Shown: positions 19,971 to 30,279 of the stretch, piece by piece
Position numbering within the stretch: position 1 is the stretch's first letter
How the letters are laid out: every line of letters begins with the position of its first letter
Source: Candidatus Bathyarchaeota archaeon
GTDB lineage: Archaea; Thermoproteota; Bathyarchaeia; TCS64
Reading direction: 5' to 3'
Assembly (NCBI GenBank): GCA_963769425.1
Contig: CAVYLP010000001.1
Location: 320,001 to 384,000 of the forward strand
Length of the DNA: 64,000 nucleotides
Translations under genes and position numbers: made by a program
The notes under the pieces: generated by a model
The model's database searches: none
What the model was told of the DNA's origin: nothing
The model's input: the letters and a program-made list of their open reading frames with translations, nothing else

Positions 19971-20008
19971 CAGTCTAAACCAAGATGTGGAGCTCTTCCT
20001 CTGCGCCA
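19971..20008. repeat. 38-bp dispersed repeat, copy 2
   Basis: CAGTCTAAACCAAGATGTGGAGCTCTTCCTCTGCGCCA. Confidence 0.85.
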
Positions 20009-20257
20009 TTCAAAATAAATGAATGGGGCAGTTTAAAGGCATATTTTTAATATTGAGGAGATATTAATTGAGCTTGAATTCTGCTTTCAAATTTGATTTT
20101 CTATGAGCGTTCGTATTGGTGCGTTATCAACCTAATCTCCTCTTCAGGATTCCCGCAACGTTCAAGTCGAAGTCCCAAAGGTAATAGATGTGAAACTATC
20201 GGAACCCATTTACTGTATATCTTAAGGATCCAACTTAATCCTAGTCATCGACGCCGA

Positions 20258-21217
20258 TTATAGCTGCTCAGACCAACTGACCGTGTATTGGGCACTGTTA
20301 CCATCGATGACGGTCACCGTGTTGTGCCTCCGCATAGTAATGAACTTGATCGTTCCGCTGTAACCAGCCCCAAATATTATACCATCGTCGTTGATACTTA
20401 CACTAGAACCGTCGATTATAACGCGCTCGTTAAACGGTGCGATGGCGTCGCGACCCGCCCACACACGCGTGACCGTCAGCTCCACCTGGGACGGGTTAGA
20501 GAAGAAGAGGGTGTACGTCCACGTTCCGGTTGCCTGGTCGAAGATGCGTGAAGTCTGAAAAACGTCTGGCACCAGCAAGTCCTGGGCACCACCGAAGCTG
20601 ACGCCGGCTGGAGGCACCACCGCCGGGTCAGCGTTTGTCTCCCCAGACGAGGTCACCATCATGAACAACAGCGGAAGAAGGACGGCGCCGATCACCGCGG
20701 CCCTGAAGAACCTCCTCCCCTGGAACTGACCTATCTTCTGGTACCGCGGCAGCCGCGCGACGACCAAGAAGATACCAGCCGAAAATATTATCGCCGCACG
20801 CACCGTAAGTAGCATCACTAACCCACCGCCTTGGTCGACACCGACGATCCAATCCAGGTAGCGGTCAATGAACCCAAGGCCCGACGTGCCCACAAACAGC
20901 GCCAAAGCCGCCGGCAACACCCCGAAAAAGATGATCGAGGAGATGAGCAGGATGGATACCGCACCTAACCAGCCTCGCCTGCCAGACCTGAGGTAGAGAC
21001 ACGTGATCAGTGGCAAGAAGAAGACAAGCAGCACGAATGGAATCGGATATTGGATGGTGTACATGTTGAAGAAGATGACCGCGGTCGCAAGCCAGGCCAG
21101 GATGACCAACGCATAGATCACACGTGCCCTCCGCTCCCACGCCGGCATCTTCGATTCGGGCTTAGCCGTGACTTTTTGGTCTCCGGGGTCTGGCATCGGC
21201 GAGGGTGAATTAGACAT
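20258..21217 (-). CDS. Membrane protein with C-terminal extracellular beta domain (paralog of 21446-22621)
   Basis: About 5 TM helices; PAWERRARVIYA; SRIFDQATGTWTYTL. Confidence 0.7.
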   Translation of the reverse strand: MSNSPSPMPDPGDQKVTAKPESKMPAWERRARVIYALVILAWLATAVIFFNMYTIQYPIPFVLLVFFLPLITCLYLRSGRRGWLGAVSILLISSIIFFGVLPAALALFVGTSGLGFIDRYLDWIVGVDQGGGLVMLLTVRAAIIFSAGIFLVVARLPRYQKIGQFQGRRFFRAAVIGAVLLPLLFMMVTSSGETNADPAVVPPAGVSFGGAQDLLVPDVFQTSRIFDQATGTWTYTLFFSNPSQVELTVTRVWAGRDAIAPFNERVIIDGSSVSINDDGIIFGAGYSGTIKFITMRRHNTVTVIDGNSAQYTVSWSEQL

Positions 21218-21445
21218 GACTAATACTTCTATTCATTTTGAAGATTTATCATTTTTTTGTGATGCATAGAGTCGAATATGTGGCTTCTTCGAAGACATGA
21301 GGCATATTATTCAAGGACTCGATATCAATGACGTTTTGGCATAACACGCCGTGGGTCGAATTATTAAGCTCGATATGGGAGTAAAATGTTGGGTCCAGTA
21401 TACAATAAGGGCCCAAGTTGCCTAGGATGAAGGTGTGAAACAATA

Positions 21446-22621
21446 GTGGAACTCTGGCCATTGCTTTCGATCCTCTCAGTCGCACTGATACTCATCCCGC
21501 TCATCAAAGGCAGGAGGGACGGGAAACTCACCCGACGAAAGGCGGCGGCTATCTTGGTTGCAGCCCCGATCCTGTTCGTGGTCAGCGGTCTTCTCCTCAT
21601 GAACACCGTCGTCAACCCCGCCGACAGCATCCAGTACCAAGTCGGTAGGGCACTCTGCCTCGCCGCCTCACCAACACTCATGTTATCGGGAATCTTCATA
21701 TACCTCGCAGCACCCCACGAAGACAAAAAGCCCACAACGGTGCAACCACTCCCCGCTGAGCACCCCGAGGAGAAACCGCGGGCCTCTATACCGAGGTGGG
21801 AAAAACAGGCACGTAAAATCTATGGAGCCACAGCGCTCCTGCTAATCGGGCTGCTCTTAGCCACGTTGAGTCCCCTCATGATCTTCGCAGTGGGGCTAAT
21901 CCCGTACATCATCTTCTTCATCTACCTCTTGAGGGGCAAACGAAGCCTAGTCGCGTCGCTGTTCTTTCTACTTGTATGGTATGGATGGTTCTCGGCCGTC
22001 AGCGAATCGATGTCGCCGATACACTTCACCCAACTCTTCACGGAGGTCACGAGAAACGCGCCCTACTTCGGCCCGCTGGGGTATAACATATGGTGGATGT
22101 TCTACTCCGTAGTGATGTTCTCGGGCGTAGTCATGCTGCTCCTCAGCTCATTGTCGGGCGTCAAGAGGATAGAGAAGGTGATGGCGAGGGTATTCACCAC
22201 GAAGACGTGCGCACTGATTCTCACCGTGCCGATGATCTTGATGTTCGCGTTGCCTCCCGGCCTCGTGACGAACCCGAGCATGCGTCACCCTTCCATCGTG
22301 GTCGTGCAGGCGGGCGAGATAAATATAATCGAGGGTAGGACGGAACGATATTTTAATGATACGAGCGGGGAGTGGGTGTACTCTATCGCCGTCAGTTATA
22401 ATGGACACCTACTACTCACGAACATCTCCTTGGGTGGCGTAGTTATCTCCCCACCGTTTGATAATAACACGGTCAGGATAACTGAAGATAATAGCGACGT
22501 CACGACAAATTTCCCTAACAGCGGAGTCATTCTGATCAGGGACAAGACACTCGTTAACTGGGTATCCCTCGTTAGTGAGAATTCTATGGGTGAGGCGATT
22601 TACGGCATCGGCTGGTTTTAA
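21446..22621 (+). CDS. Membrane protein with C-terminal extracellular beta domain (paralog of 20258-21217)
   Basis: About 8 TM helices; PRWEKQARKIYG; ERYFNDTSGEWVYSI. Confidence 0.7.
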   Translation: MELWPLLSILSVALILIPLIKGRRDGKLTRRKAAAILVAAPILFVVSGLLLMNTVVNPADSIQYQVGRALCLAASPTLMLSGIFIYLAAPHEDKKPTTVQPLPAEHPEEKPRASIPRWEKQARKIYGATALLLIGLLLATLSPLMIFAVGLIPYIIFFIYLLRGKRSLVASLFFLLVWYGWFSAVSESMSPIHFTQLFTEVTRNAPYFGPLGYNIWWMFYSVVMFSGVVMLLLSSLSGVKRIEKVMARVFTTKTCALILTVPMILMFALPPGLVTNPSMRHPSIVVVQAGEINIIEGRTERYFNDTSGEWVYSIAVSYNGHLLLTNISLGGVVISPPFDNNTVRITEDNSDVTTNFPNSGVILIRDKTLVNWVSLVSENSMGEAIYGIGWF

Positions 22622-22721
22622 TTACTGAATATTTTTCAGAACGAGATACTTATTTCGATACGTTGCTATGGACGAAATGACGATTTCATACGGGGACTTC
22701 TTTAATTACCGTTGCTAGTTG

Positions 22722-23204
22722 TCAACTCTTTTTGTCGGTGCTTCCACCCGCGCCTGCGTTGTGTTCGGTCTTTACATGGTCTATGATTTTGGCCAGCTGA
22801 TCGTAGGGGCTTTTCATGACACCAAATATGTCACCCGCGCCGATGGCGTTCATAGACGATACTAGGATGAAGGAACACGCCGCCTCGCCCCCGTTGGCCT
22901 TGTAGCGTACCCTGAGATAGGGCGTTCCCCATACCCTATCCGCCTTTGCTTCATGAACACCATCTATCGCGATTGTGAAGCTTCCTTCGTTCCTCAGTCC
23001 TTCATCTATCTTATCCGAGTAGTCGGTGGGTTTGGCGGTCATGAACTTGCCGCCGGGATACTTTACGTAGACTAGCCTTTGACTCGTGAGGATAAGCTGC
23101 CCCTTCATGGCCTGACCCATCCCAGGTTTTTCTTTAGGGTAGAAGCCTACCTCAACCTTCGCCACTACATTCTCAGAATCCAATCGCTTCCACGTATACC
23201 CCAC
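22722..23204 (-). CDS. Hypothetical protein, PH/GRAM-like fold
   Basis: GQLILTSQRLVY motif typical of PH-like domains. Confidence 0.55.
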   Translation of the reverse strand: MGYTWKRLDSENVVAKVEVGFYPKEKPGMGQAMKGQLILTSQRLVYVKYPGGKFMTAKPTDYSDKIDEGLRNEGSFTIAIDGVHEAKADRVWGTPYLRVRYKANGGEAACSFILVSSMNAIGAGDIFGVMKSPYDQLAKIIDHVKTEHNAGAGGSTDKKS

Positions 23205-23279
23205 TGGGCGGATCGGCTTTAAGTATTATCATCAATGGTATGAAAAAATTCCATATACCTTGATGTTCATCTGCTTTTC

Positions 23280-23699
23280 TCAATTTGTTGGAGACTTAAC
23301 CTTTTTTGAAAACCATGCGCCCAATACCGCAAAGAAAGCGTAGATTAAAACACCGAACGCGGCCATGATTAACAGGTTGACGGGCAGATAATATACTGAC
23401 TGAAGGGATACCCCCAGCAGAGGCCTCTTAGTACTGTTGCCAACCACCAAAGCCAGAGAAACAACGGCTACGGAGACGAGTGCCATGATCGCGCCTTTTA
23501 TGGCGACACGCTTAAAACCGAGCCCGGCGTAGCCCCAGCCCATGTAAACTACCATCGCTACTATGATCAAGCCGAAGACTATCTGGCCGGTTGAGTAAGA
23601 GGATAGGGGAGGCAGAAGCCCGGAGAGGATAAGCCCGCATTCAAACGCGGCCAATGCCCCAGATAATAGATAAAAGTAAAGTGACTTCATCATCTCCAC
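23280..23699 (-). CDS. Hypothetical 4-TM membrane protein
   Basis: Four hydrophobic segments. Confidence 0.65.
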   Translation of the reverse strand: MEMMKSLYFYLLSGALAAFECGLILSGLLPPLSSYSTGQIVFGLIIVAMVVYMGWGYAGLGFKRVAIKGAIMALVSVAVVSLALVVGNSTKRPLLGVSLQSVYYLPVNLLIMAAFGVLIYAFFAVLGAWFSKKVKSPTN

Positions 23700-24050
23700 G
23701 CTATCCGTTATAGAGGATGCGTAGAAAAAGTTTGCATCTTAGTACGCACGGTCTGTCAGAGGTGCAGTGATTTTACGTCTTCTAAGGAAATGTTATTAAA
23801 ATTGCTTTGTGGAATAATAAAAATCCGTGTTAATTCTGAAAGACTTCATAAAACTATTAGAGCTAGAATTTAACAATACCACGCAATAATGTATAGATAC
23901 AGTTTCTATAATCCACAAAGCAATTAAAATCAAATATTTACTTGTATGTAAAATGTCCAATCGATGGCCCTCAATCAATGTGCTTGATTAAGATAAATCG
24001 AAGATTGTAAGAAGTGCACAGGTGATGCATCACTGATACAGTCAATACGA

Positions 24051-26492
24051 GTGTGGCACGAGAAACATCATTTGAAGACCAGTATCATGCTCGTATTATC
24101 ATGTTTCCTCATCTGCTCAGTACTACCCCCGACACCCTCAGGACAGGCGTCAATCAGTGAAGCGACGACGGTAGTACACGCGATCGCTGAATCCACAGAC
24201 CACATCGTAAAAAGGTTCAACACCACTGTGACGATCATCGATGAGAAGACCATCCACGTCTCCATCGACTACGGCTTCAAATGGCTCGATGCGGACCACT
24301 CCCGGGACACGTGGTACGTCTACACCGGCGACAACGCCTATGGCATCACAACAGAGGACAAGAAAGGGCCTCTGAACTACGGCACAAACTACAAAGTCGA
24401 GAATGGGTGGCTCCCGGTAAAACTGAGAACGGAGATCAATGCCGGAGAAAGCTGCTACTTCACGGTCAACTACTACGCCGAGAACCGAGTCACAAACGAC
24501 GGGCAGAGTCTACTAGGGTCATACCATGTGGCAATGTGGATTATGTGGGATCTCTCACCCAAGGAGGTCGTGTCAGTAAGAATCATCATACCGGGATGGT
24601 TCTCCGTCAGAAGGTATGATCCATCTTTCCTAGAGGCTGAACATACACAGGAAGGTGGAACCGTGCTCTCCACCCACGCTCAGAACGTAAGCTACGACAC
24701 GAACTACTACCTTAACGCGGACCTATTCGCGAAGCAGGATACGGGGAACCTGGAATACGTGCCGAGTGTCGAAATCAATAAGTGGACAAGCACAGTCATG
24801 GCGGGAGTACCAACCCCCGTCGTCCTCGCCGTAATGAACCTCGGCAACGGCACGGCGCATTTGGTAAACGTCACTGTCGCCGCCTCACCTACCATGAGCC
24901 TCCGTGGCGTAGGCCTTCCCGCGGTGGGGGAATTACGCCCATTTGAGGCTAGGTATCTGCGATTCACAGCTAACGCCTCATACCCCCATTCATCCTACAT
25001 ATACGTAAAGTTCGCTTATACAGACGGCAACGGTATCACAAATATCCAATATAGAAACTGCACCATTAACGTGACGCGCCGAATCTACGACACTATCGCG
25101 GCCTGCAACGTGGCGCCTGACTACATCGAGACCTCAAAGGAGACATCCCTCAACTACGTGGTGGCACCCATTCATCAGGCCGACATCTCGGCCTCCCTGA
25201 TACGACCGGACGGCAGCGTATACACCAGGGTAAGCCACAATATCACGTATGGATCCTTCACCGTGAGGTTCACCCCAGACACCTCGGGGAACTGGACCGC
25301 GTCTCTGTATGTGCCCGAGACCGATGACTGCAAGGCCGTCCGAATGAACACTACCTTTCTCGTCCACCCGACGGACCTATACTCCGGCCAAGTACTCTCA
25401 TCGGACAACAAACGACTCGTCGCCTCATACGACGCTGAGGGTGTCTACACCTTCACCAACAACGGTGTGGAGGTGGAGCAGTCACCAGTCTTCGACGTCA
25501 ACCTTTACACCATTCTTCCTACGCAGGACACCACCCTCCTCAGCATAGAACCAATGCCAATAAGCCTCACCTACACCGACAGCGGTCTCAGGGCAAAGTT
25601 CAGCCCCCTAGAGTTGAACCCAGGTGAAAACTACACCATTGTGGTACGCTTCAACGTGAAGATACTGACTCTCCCAACCATGACCAAAAACTTCAACGGG
25701 ACACTCAGCGACATACCTCCCAACTTCCTCAAGTACACAGATTACGCGAAGTACTGGGAGACGAACGACACATCGATCAAGCAACTATCCCTCTCCCTCA
25801 CTGCCAACCAACCAACCGTGGCGGGTAAGATCCAGGCAATCTACTTCTGGGTCGCGGATAACATAGAGTATGACCACGAGAAATATGACGCGTCGATGAG
25901 TGGTAAGCCGACGGTGCAGTATACCGCACCCCAGACGCTGTCGCTGAGGAAGGGAGTCTGCGAAGACATCTCCAACCTCTTCATAACCCTCTGCCGCGCA
26001 TCGGGAATACCCGCTATCGCGATCACCGGCAACGCCTACAACGGGGTGAACGGGAGCGACAACATTAAAAATGGACATGCGTGGTCCGCTGCATACGTGC
26101 CTAGGTACGGGTGGGTTGAGGTTGACGCAACGTGGAAGGAATTTGCAAAGCTCGACGATGTCCATATTGCCAGGAGCAGAAACAGGGAAGCTCCAGGAGG
26201 CGATGGCTATTACTGGTGGGGCGTTAACAACGCGACGGCATACAATGATCACCTTTTCCTTACCCGAATAACTATATCTAACCAGACTTCCAACGCGATG
26301 AAGCCAATTAACGGGACCGCCACCATTGACGGCGGATACCACACCATCAACGAGTTGGATACCAACACGTTGATCGGCGTCGCAATATTTGTGGCAATAG
26401 TCACAGTGATCATCGTCACGCCATTCATAGTCTTGAAGAGAAGGAGAGCCAAGCGAGACGCCCCGACAGGTCCGTCCCCAGTGAAGGCATAG
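24051..26492 (+). CDS. Secreted, membrane-anchored transglutaminase-like domain protein
   Basis: Signal peptide, Ig-like modules, catalytic GVCEDIS/GHAW/VDATW triad, C-terminal TM plus KRRR, many NxS/T sequons. Confidence 0.85.
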   Translation: MWHEKHHLKTSIMLVLSCFLICSVLPPTPSGQASISEATTVVHAIAESTDHIVKRFNTTVTIIDEKTIHVSIDYGFKWLDADHSRDTWYVYTGDNAYGITTEDKKGPLNYGTNYKVENGWLPVKLRTEINAGESCYFTVNYYAENRVTNDGQSLLGSYHVAMWIMWDLSPKEVVSVRIIIPGWFSVRRYDPSFLEAEHTQEGGTVLSTHAQNVSYDTNYYLNADLFAKQDTGNLEYVPSVEINKWTSTVMAGVPTPVVLAVMNLGNGTAHLVNVTVAASPTMSLRGVGLPAVGELRPFEARYLRFTANASYPHSSYIYVKFAYTDGNGITNIQYRNCTINVTRRIYDTIAACNVAPDYIETSKETSLNYVVAPIHQADISASLIRPDGSVYTRVSHNITYGSFTVRFTPDTSGNWTASLYVPETDDCKAVRMNTTFLVHPTDLYSGQVLSSDNKRLVASYDAEGVYTFTNNGVEVEQSPVFDVNLYTILPTQDTTLLSIEPMPISLTYTDSGLRAKFSPLELNPGENYTIVVRFNVKILTLPTMTKNFNGTLSDIPPNFLKYTDYAKYWETNDTSIKQLSLSLTANQPTVAGKIQAIYFWVADNIEYDHEKYDASMSGKPTVQYTAPQTLSLRKGVCEDISNLFITLCRASGIPAIAITGNAYNGVNGSDNIKNGHAWSAAYVPRYGWVEVDATWKEFAKLDDVHIARSRNREAPGGDGYYWWGVNNATAYNDHLFLTRITISNQTSNAMKPINGTATIDGGYHTINELDTNTLIGVAIFVAIVTVIIVTPFIVLKRRRAKRDAPTGPSPVKA

Positions 26493-26695
26493 GGTTCGAT
26501 CTTCACATGCCATATATTTATTAATAGAAAATAATAATTCTAAAAAATGACTACGTAATTCTTATTAAAATACTGAAAGGCGGGGATTCCTAATAATAAT
26601 TTAGATCCTCTAGAACGGAATAAATCTACGATCTATTTCACACATTATAGTGCTTGTTTTTATGCATCATGCATCACTAATAGTCTAGAGGCTAA

Positions 26696-27112
26696 TTGAG
26701 TCACCTTCAACCGAACAAGATACGCGCATTCTGGGACCAACTGCAAACCGAGCTTAAGAAGGGCAATCTTGATCTCGAGACCTGGGCGCTTGAACCAACG
26801 GGCGGCCACTTCTATGCGCGCGGCGTCTCTGATCGGGTGTTCATAGAGGGGAAGGGGATCAAGGGCATCCGCACTGTGGGGTTCCCGGAGTTCGAGAAGG
26901 CGGCCAAGCACTACAACGACTACATCGACGGTGTGGCTGGCGTTAAGCAGAAGCTTAGGGACGAAGTCGGCTACAACACCTCGTACATCTTGACACTCAT
27001 ACACCACGCCATTGAAGTAGAGAAAACTATCCCAACGGAGCTTGAGCCCGAACCGCCGCCGAAGCCAGAGAAGATCCGCGTCAGACACTACAGAAGTAGA
27101 CGCGGCGCCTAA
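26696..27112 (+). CDS. Hypothetical protein
   Basis: 138-aa ORF with coding-like GC; Pro-rich then basic C-terminus. Confidence 0.6.
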   Translation: MSHLQPNKIRAFWDQLQTELKKGNLDLETWALEPTGGHFYARGVSDRVFIEGKGIKGIRTVGFPEFEKAAKHYNDYIDGVAGVKQKLRDEVGYNTSYILTLIHHAIEVEKTIPTELEPEPPPKPEKIRVRHYRSRRGA

Positions 27113-27277
27113 TAGAACAATATCATTTCCGTAAAGAGAGGCTAGAATAGAATTCTAACACTTGTTTAGATCTTCATCAAGCATTGATTACCACCAGGGA
27201 ATAGACCGATCCCACGAGACCTCCGTCAACAGCAGCGACATCAATGCCTTACCTACAGCGACGCCGAGAAAAGAATT

Positions 27278-27440
27278 GGCTTACTGAATTTTTTTCCGTT
27301 ATGACTAGCTACTTGCGCAAGGGGGACATGAAAACAACTCCTTTTCATTAAATCGTAGTTGGATTAGAAGGCTTACGAATTTTTTTTTATGTATCATATG
27401 CCACGTTGACAAGGAAGACTTGAAAAAAGCTCCTTTTTCA
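27278..27440. repeat. Imperfect tandem duplication (about 70-bp unit, 92-bp spacing)
   Basis: GGCTTAC(T)GAATTTTTTT...CAAGG..GAC.TGAAAA.A.CTCCTTTT(T)CA at 27278 and 27370. Confidence 0.65.
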
Positions 27441-27468
27441 CGACTAAAATTCTAAGAATTCCAAAAAT

Positions 27469-27633
27469 TTACTCGTCTTCGGGGCTTGACATGATTCTCA
27501 GTTTGAGCTCCTCACGCGGGAAGGCGCCGACGGGAATATTCATACCGGACTTCAGGCTAACGACGAAGTCCCCGCCCAGTATCTTGGAAGGGTCCTTCTC
27601 CTGCATCCGCTCTATCCTCTCGTAGACACTCAA
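27469..27633 (-). CDS. Small hypothetical protein (54 aa), not in the ORF track
   Basis: TTG start after a GGTGG RBS-like motif; MSVYERIERMQEKDPSKILGGDFVVSLKSGMNIPVGAFPREELKLRIMSSPEDE. Confidence 0.5.
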   Translation of the reverse strand: MSVYERIERMQEKDPSKILGGDFVVSLKSGMNIPVGAFPREELKLRIMSSPEDE

Positions 27634-27670
27634 CCATGCCACCCGCCGTTTTATCTATCACCCGCGGAAA

Positions 27671-27919
27671 CTACGCCTTAACCTGGTTAAACGCCCCGCA
27701 TTTTGGGCACTTGTAGACGGCGTCGGGTACCTGCATCCTTAGAAGAGATTTCAGCAGGACGTGATTACACTGACCACACACGTAGTTTAGGGCGCCCTTC
27801 CCTGCGATGAATGGCTCCATCTTTCTCTCCTTGGGTGAGTTATCCCTACTCTGGAACGCGCTCCCACCCATCGGTAATGTTGGAAGAACAACCATCTTGA
27901 ATGTGAATATGTGGTCCAT
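27671..27919 (-). CDS. Small Zn-ribbon protein (paralog A)
   Basis: CGQC...YKCPKCGAFN; shares ERKMEPF with 28783-29043. Confidence 0.8.
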   Translation of the reverse strand: MDHIFTFKMVVLPTLPMGGSAFQSRDNSPKERKMEPFIAGKGALNYVCGQCNHVLLKSLLRMQVPDAVYKCPKCGAFNQVKA

Positions 27920-28314
27920 GTAATCTCCAAATAATAGTGTGTCTTCGTTTCTTATAAAGAAACGTATTAAAAACACATCTGTTTAGACCCATTTTTTAAT
28001 TAGTTTGTTGAAAATGAGACGAGGTGGGAGAATTCTTTGTCGTCATACGCTAAATCGAACGTGTGTCTCAAAGCGGCGAGCTTCGAAACCGTCAGGCGAA
28101 GACTAAATCTTCGCGTGCTTCCTCTTCTTCTTGTCCTTTTTCGGTAAAACCATCTTTCTCAAAGCGACGACCTCCATAAGATCTGCCCCCAGGACAAGCC
28201 TAGAGACGAATGCGTACGACGAATAGAGAATCCCATAAAATCCCAGCCTATATTATCTGGCTCTCACTTTTAAAGCTGCGTTAAAATCGCCGTAAATAAA
28301 TGCGATATGTGAGA

Positions 28315-28632
28315 TTAAGCGTTGAAAAGCGCCCTCTTGAGGCTCGACTTCTCGGCGTTTAGGCTATCGATCCTATCAGAGATGCTCCTCATCTTTCCAC
28401 GATACGCGTTCAGGAACACTTTCACGTCGGCGCTGTTCTTTCTCAGTTCAACAAACGTACCAGTGTCCTCGGGGGAACTCACTACTATCTTCCCGCCGCT
28501 ATTATGCGCGTTTTCGAGGACCCGGATCTCACGCTTAACGCGCAGATACTCCTCGCCGTGTTCTATGTCCTTGATCTTGGACTCAATCTCAAGCACCCTG
28601 AGTAATGTGGTGTTACGCTGGGAGAACGACAT
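28315..28632 (-). CDS. Hypothetical coiled-coil protein
   Basis: 105 aa with heptad-like charged helices. Confidence 0.6.
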   Translation of the reverse strand: MSFSQRNTTLLRVLEIESKIKDIEHGEEYLRVKREIRVLENAHNSGGKIVVSSPEDTGTFVELRKNSADVKVFLNAYRGKMRSISDRIDSLNAEKSSLKRALFNA

Positions 28633-28782
28633 AGCACTACTATGCGCCCGGCTCTTATAGACCTTTCAACAAATGTAATCAAATAGCCTCTTTTTGCTGT
28701 TTTTTTTAAATTTCAATATGAAAGAACACTCTTTTTTGATATGGTTAATATAACCCGCGAGGACCTATGTTGAGGATAGAGC

Positions 28783-29043
28783 ATGAACAACCAAAACACG
28801 TTCAAGATGAGGATCTTACCGTCGAAGCCTATTGAGGGCACGATATTCAGCAAGGATAACTCCACGCAGGAGAGGAAGATGGAACCGTTCGTAATCGGTG
28901 AGGGTGTAATGGATTACCAGTGCGGGAGCTGCGGCCACTTCATGCTCAGGTCTCTTCGCCCAGCGCAGGTGACCCAAGCGATCTACAAGTGCCCCAAGTG
29001 CGGGAACTACAACCAGGTCGAGCCTTACGTGAAAAAGCACTGA
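28783..29043 (+). CDS. Small Zn-ribbon protein (paralog B)
   Basis: CGSC...YKCPKCGNYN. Confidence 0.8.
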   Translation: MNNQNTFKMRILPSKPIEGTIFSKDNSTQERKMEPFVIGEGVMDYQCGSCGHFMLRSLRPAQVTQAIYKCPKCGNYNQVEPYVKKH

Positions 29044-29184
29044 CTCATCTTTACGATATTCTAAGAAGCATCTATTAAGACAAGTTCTAGGGGTATATTT
29101 GAGAGAAGGCTACGATAAAAATCAGTCACATAGCCAGTACATTTTAACCAGAAAGATTAGCCTGCCAGAAAAAGCGTTGATAGA

Positions 29185-29550
29185 CTAATTTCGTCCTTCT
29201 CGGAGGTCGCGGAGTATCTGGTCGTATTGCTCCTTTGTAACTTCGCCTCGAGCGTACCTCTGTCTGAGGATCTCCTCCGACTCGGTTGAGATACCCATTC
29301 CATAGCCCCGATGACTCATGGGGGCCCGGAAAGTGAACCTGAGCACCATCATCACCAAGAAGACCACTAGGATGAACCCTAGTATCCCGGCTCCGATCAT
29401 CCAGACGCCTCCCCACCTCATCATGGGCATGCCGTAGTAGCCCCCAGTGTAAAACGCTGGTCGGGTTAAGGCCGAGAAGAACCATATCGAGCCCACGATC
29501 AGGAACAACACTCCGAACCCGATCATAGTCCACCTCATAGGATGCATTCG
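29185..29550 (-). CDS. SHOCT-domain membrane protein
   Basis: Two TM helices, G/M-rich linker, C-terminal EILRQRYARGEVTKEQY. Start uncertain. Confidence 0.85.
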   Translation of the reverse strand, partial: RMHPMRWTMIGFGVLFLIVGSIWFFSALTRPAFYTGGYYGMPMMRWGGVWMIGAGILGFILVVFLVMMVLRFTFRAPMSHRGYGMGISTESEEILRQRYARGEVTKEQYDQILRDLREGRN

Positions 29551-30006
29551 ATACATTACTATCAAAGGGCAACCGAAACACGCCATCCTATAAACCGATG
29601 TTTAAAACAGGGGCAGAAAACGACCCCTTCTGGATGTATCTGGTTAAACTGATACAGGTTTGTGGGCCAGCCATACACTTTGTATATCCCTGACCCTCAT
29701 CTGAAACCTAGTAGTCGATGAACTTTTTCGACAACACCCTGTAGTGAGTACTTGGACTGCGGCGCCCCTGAAGATCTGAAGGACTCAGGCGATTAACCTG
29801 GGAGATTATCATATTAATCCTTAGGAAGCCGCTTAAGCCCGCTCGACCTGTTAACGCTTATCCTTTTTTTATTTTCTCTTCATAATAACTTTATTAGCGC
29901 CGCGGTACCCCTCTAGGCGGCTGAGGGACGCCACGCGGGCCCCCGTTGGATGATTTCTGACAGAACGCCCAAGGGACAATGCCCCCGCCGAATGGATGCG
30001 ATAAAA

Positions 30007-30279
30007 ATGGAGTACAAGGGCATAGTCATGAACTACGGCGTCGGCGCCAAGATGCAGTACCCGCATAGGATGATAATCATGGTTCCAGGGGCCACGCCCA
30101 GCGAGGCGAAGGGGCTGGTCGGATCGACGGTAGCCTGGCCATATGACGAACCGAAGATCTTCGGCAGGATCACGCGGTTCCACGGCGTCCGCAAGGGCTA
30201 TCTGCTCGCAACCTTCAGAAGGGGGCTACCCGGGGACTCCATCGGGAAGGCCGTGAAGATAACCAAACCCGAAGCCTAG
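30007..30279 (+). CDS. rpl35ae: 50S ribosomal protein eL33 (L35Ae)
   Basis: KGIVMNY..G...QYP, LVG..V.W, GRITRFHG..G...A.FRRGLPG..IG..V pattern. Confidence 0.85.
   Translation: MEYKGIVMNYGVGAKMQYPHRMIIMVPGATPSEAKGLVGSTVAWPYDEPKIFGRITRFHGVRKGYLLATFRRGLPGDSIGKAVKITKPEA

Noticed and set aside
1-20000. Classical integron with attC sites
   Set aside because: I did not find paired RYYYAAC/GTTRRRY hairpin sites, the cassettes are not co-oriented, and the integrase shows no recognisable IntI insertion.
29600-29815. Possible remnant of an ABC substrate-binding gene (SKKFIDY*VSDEGQ, minus strand)
   Set aside because: Too short and degraded to call.
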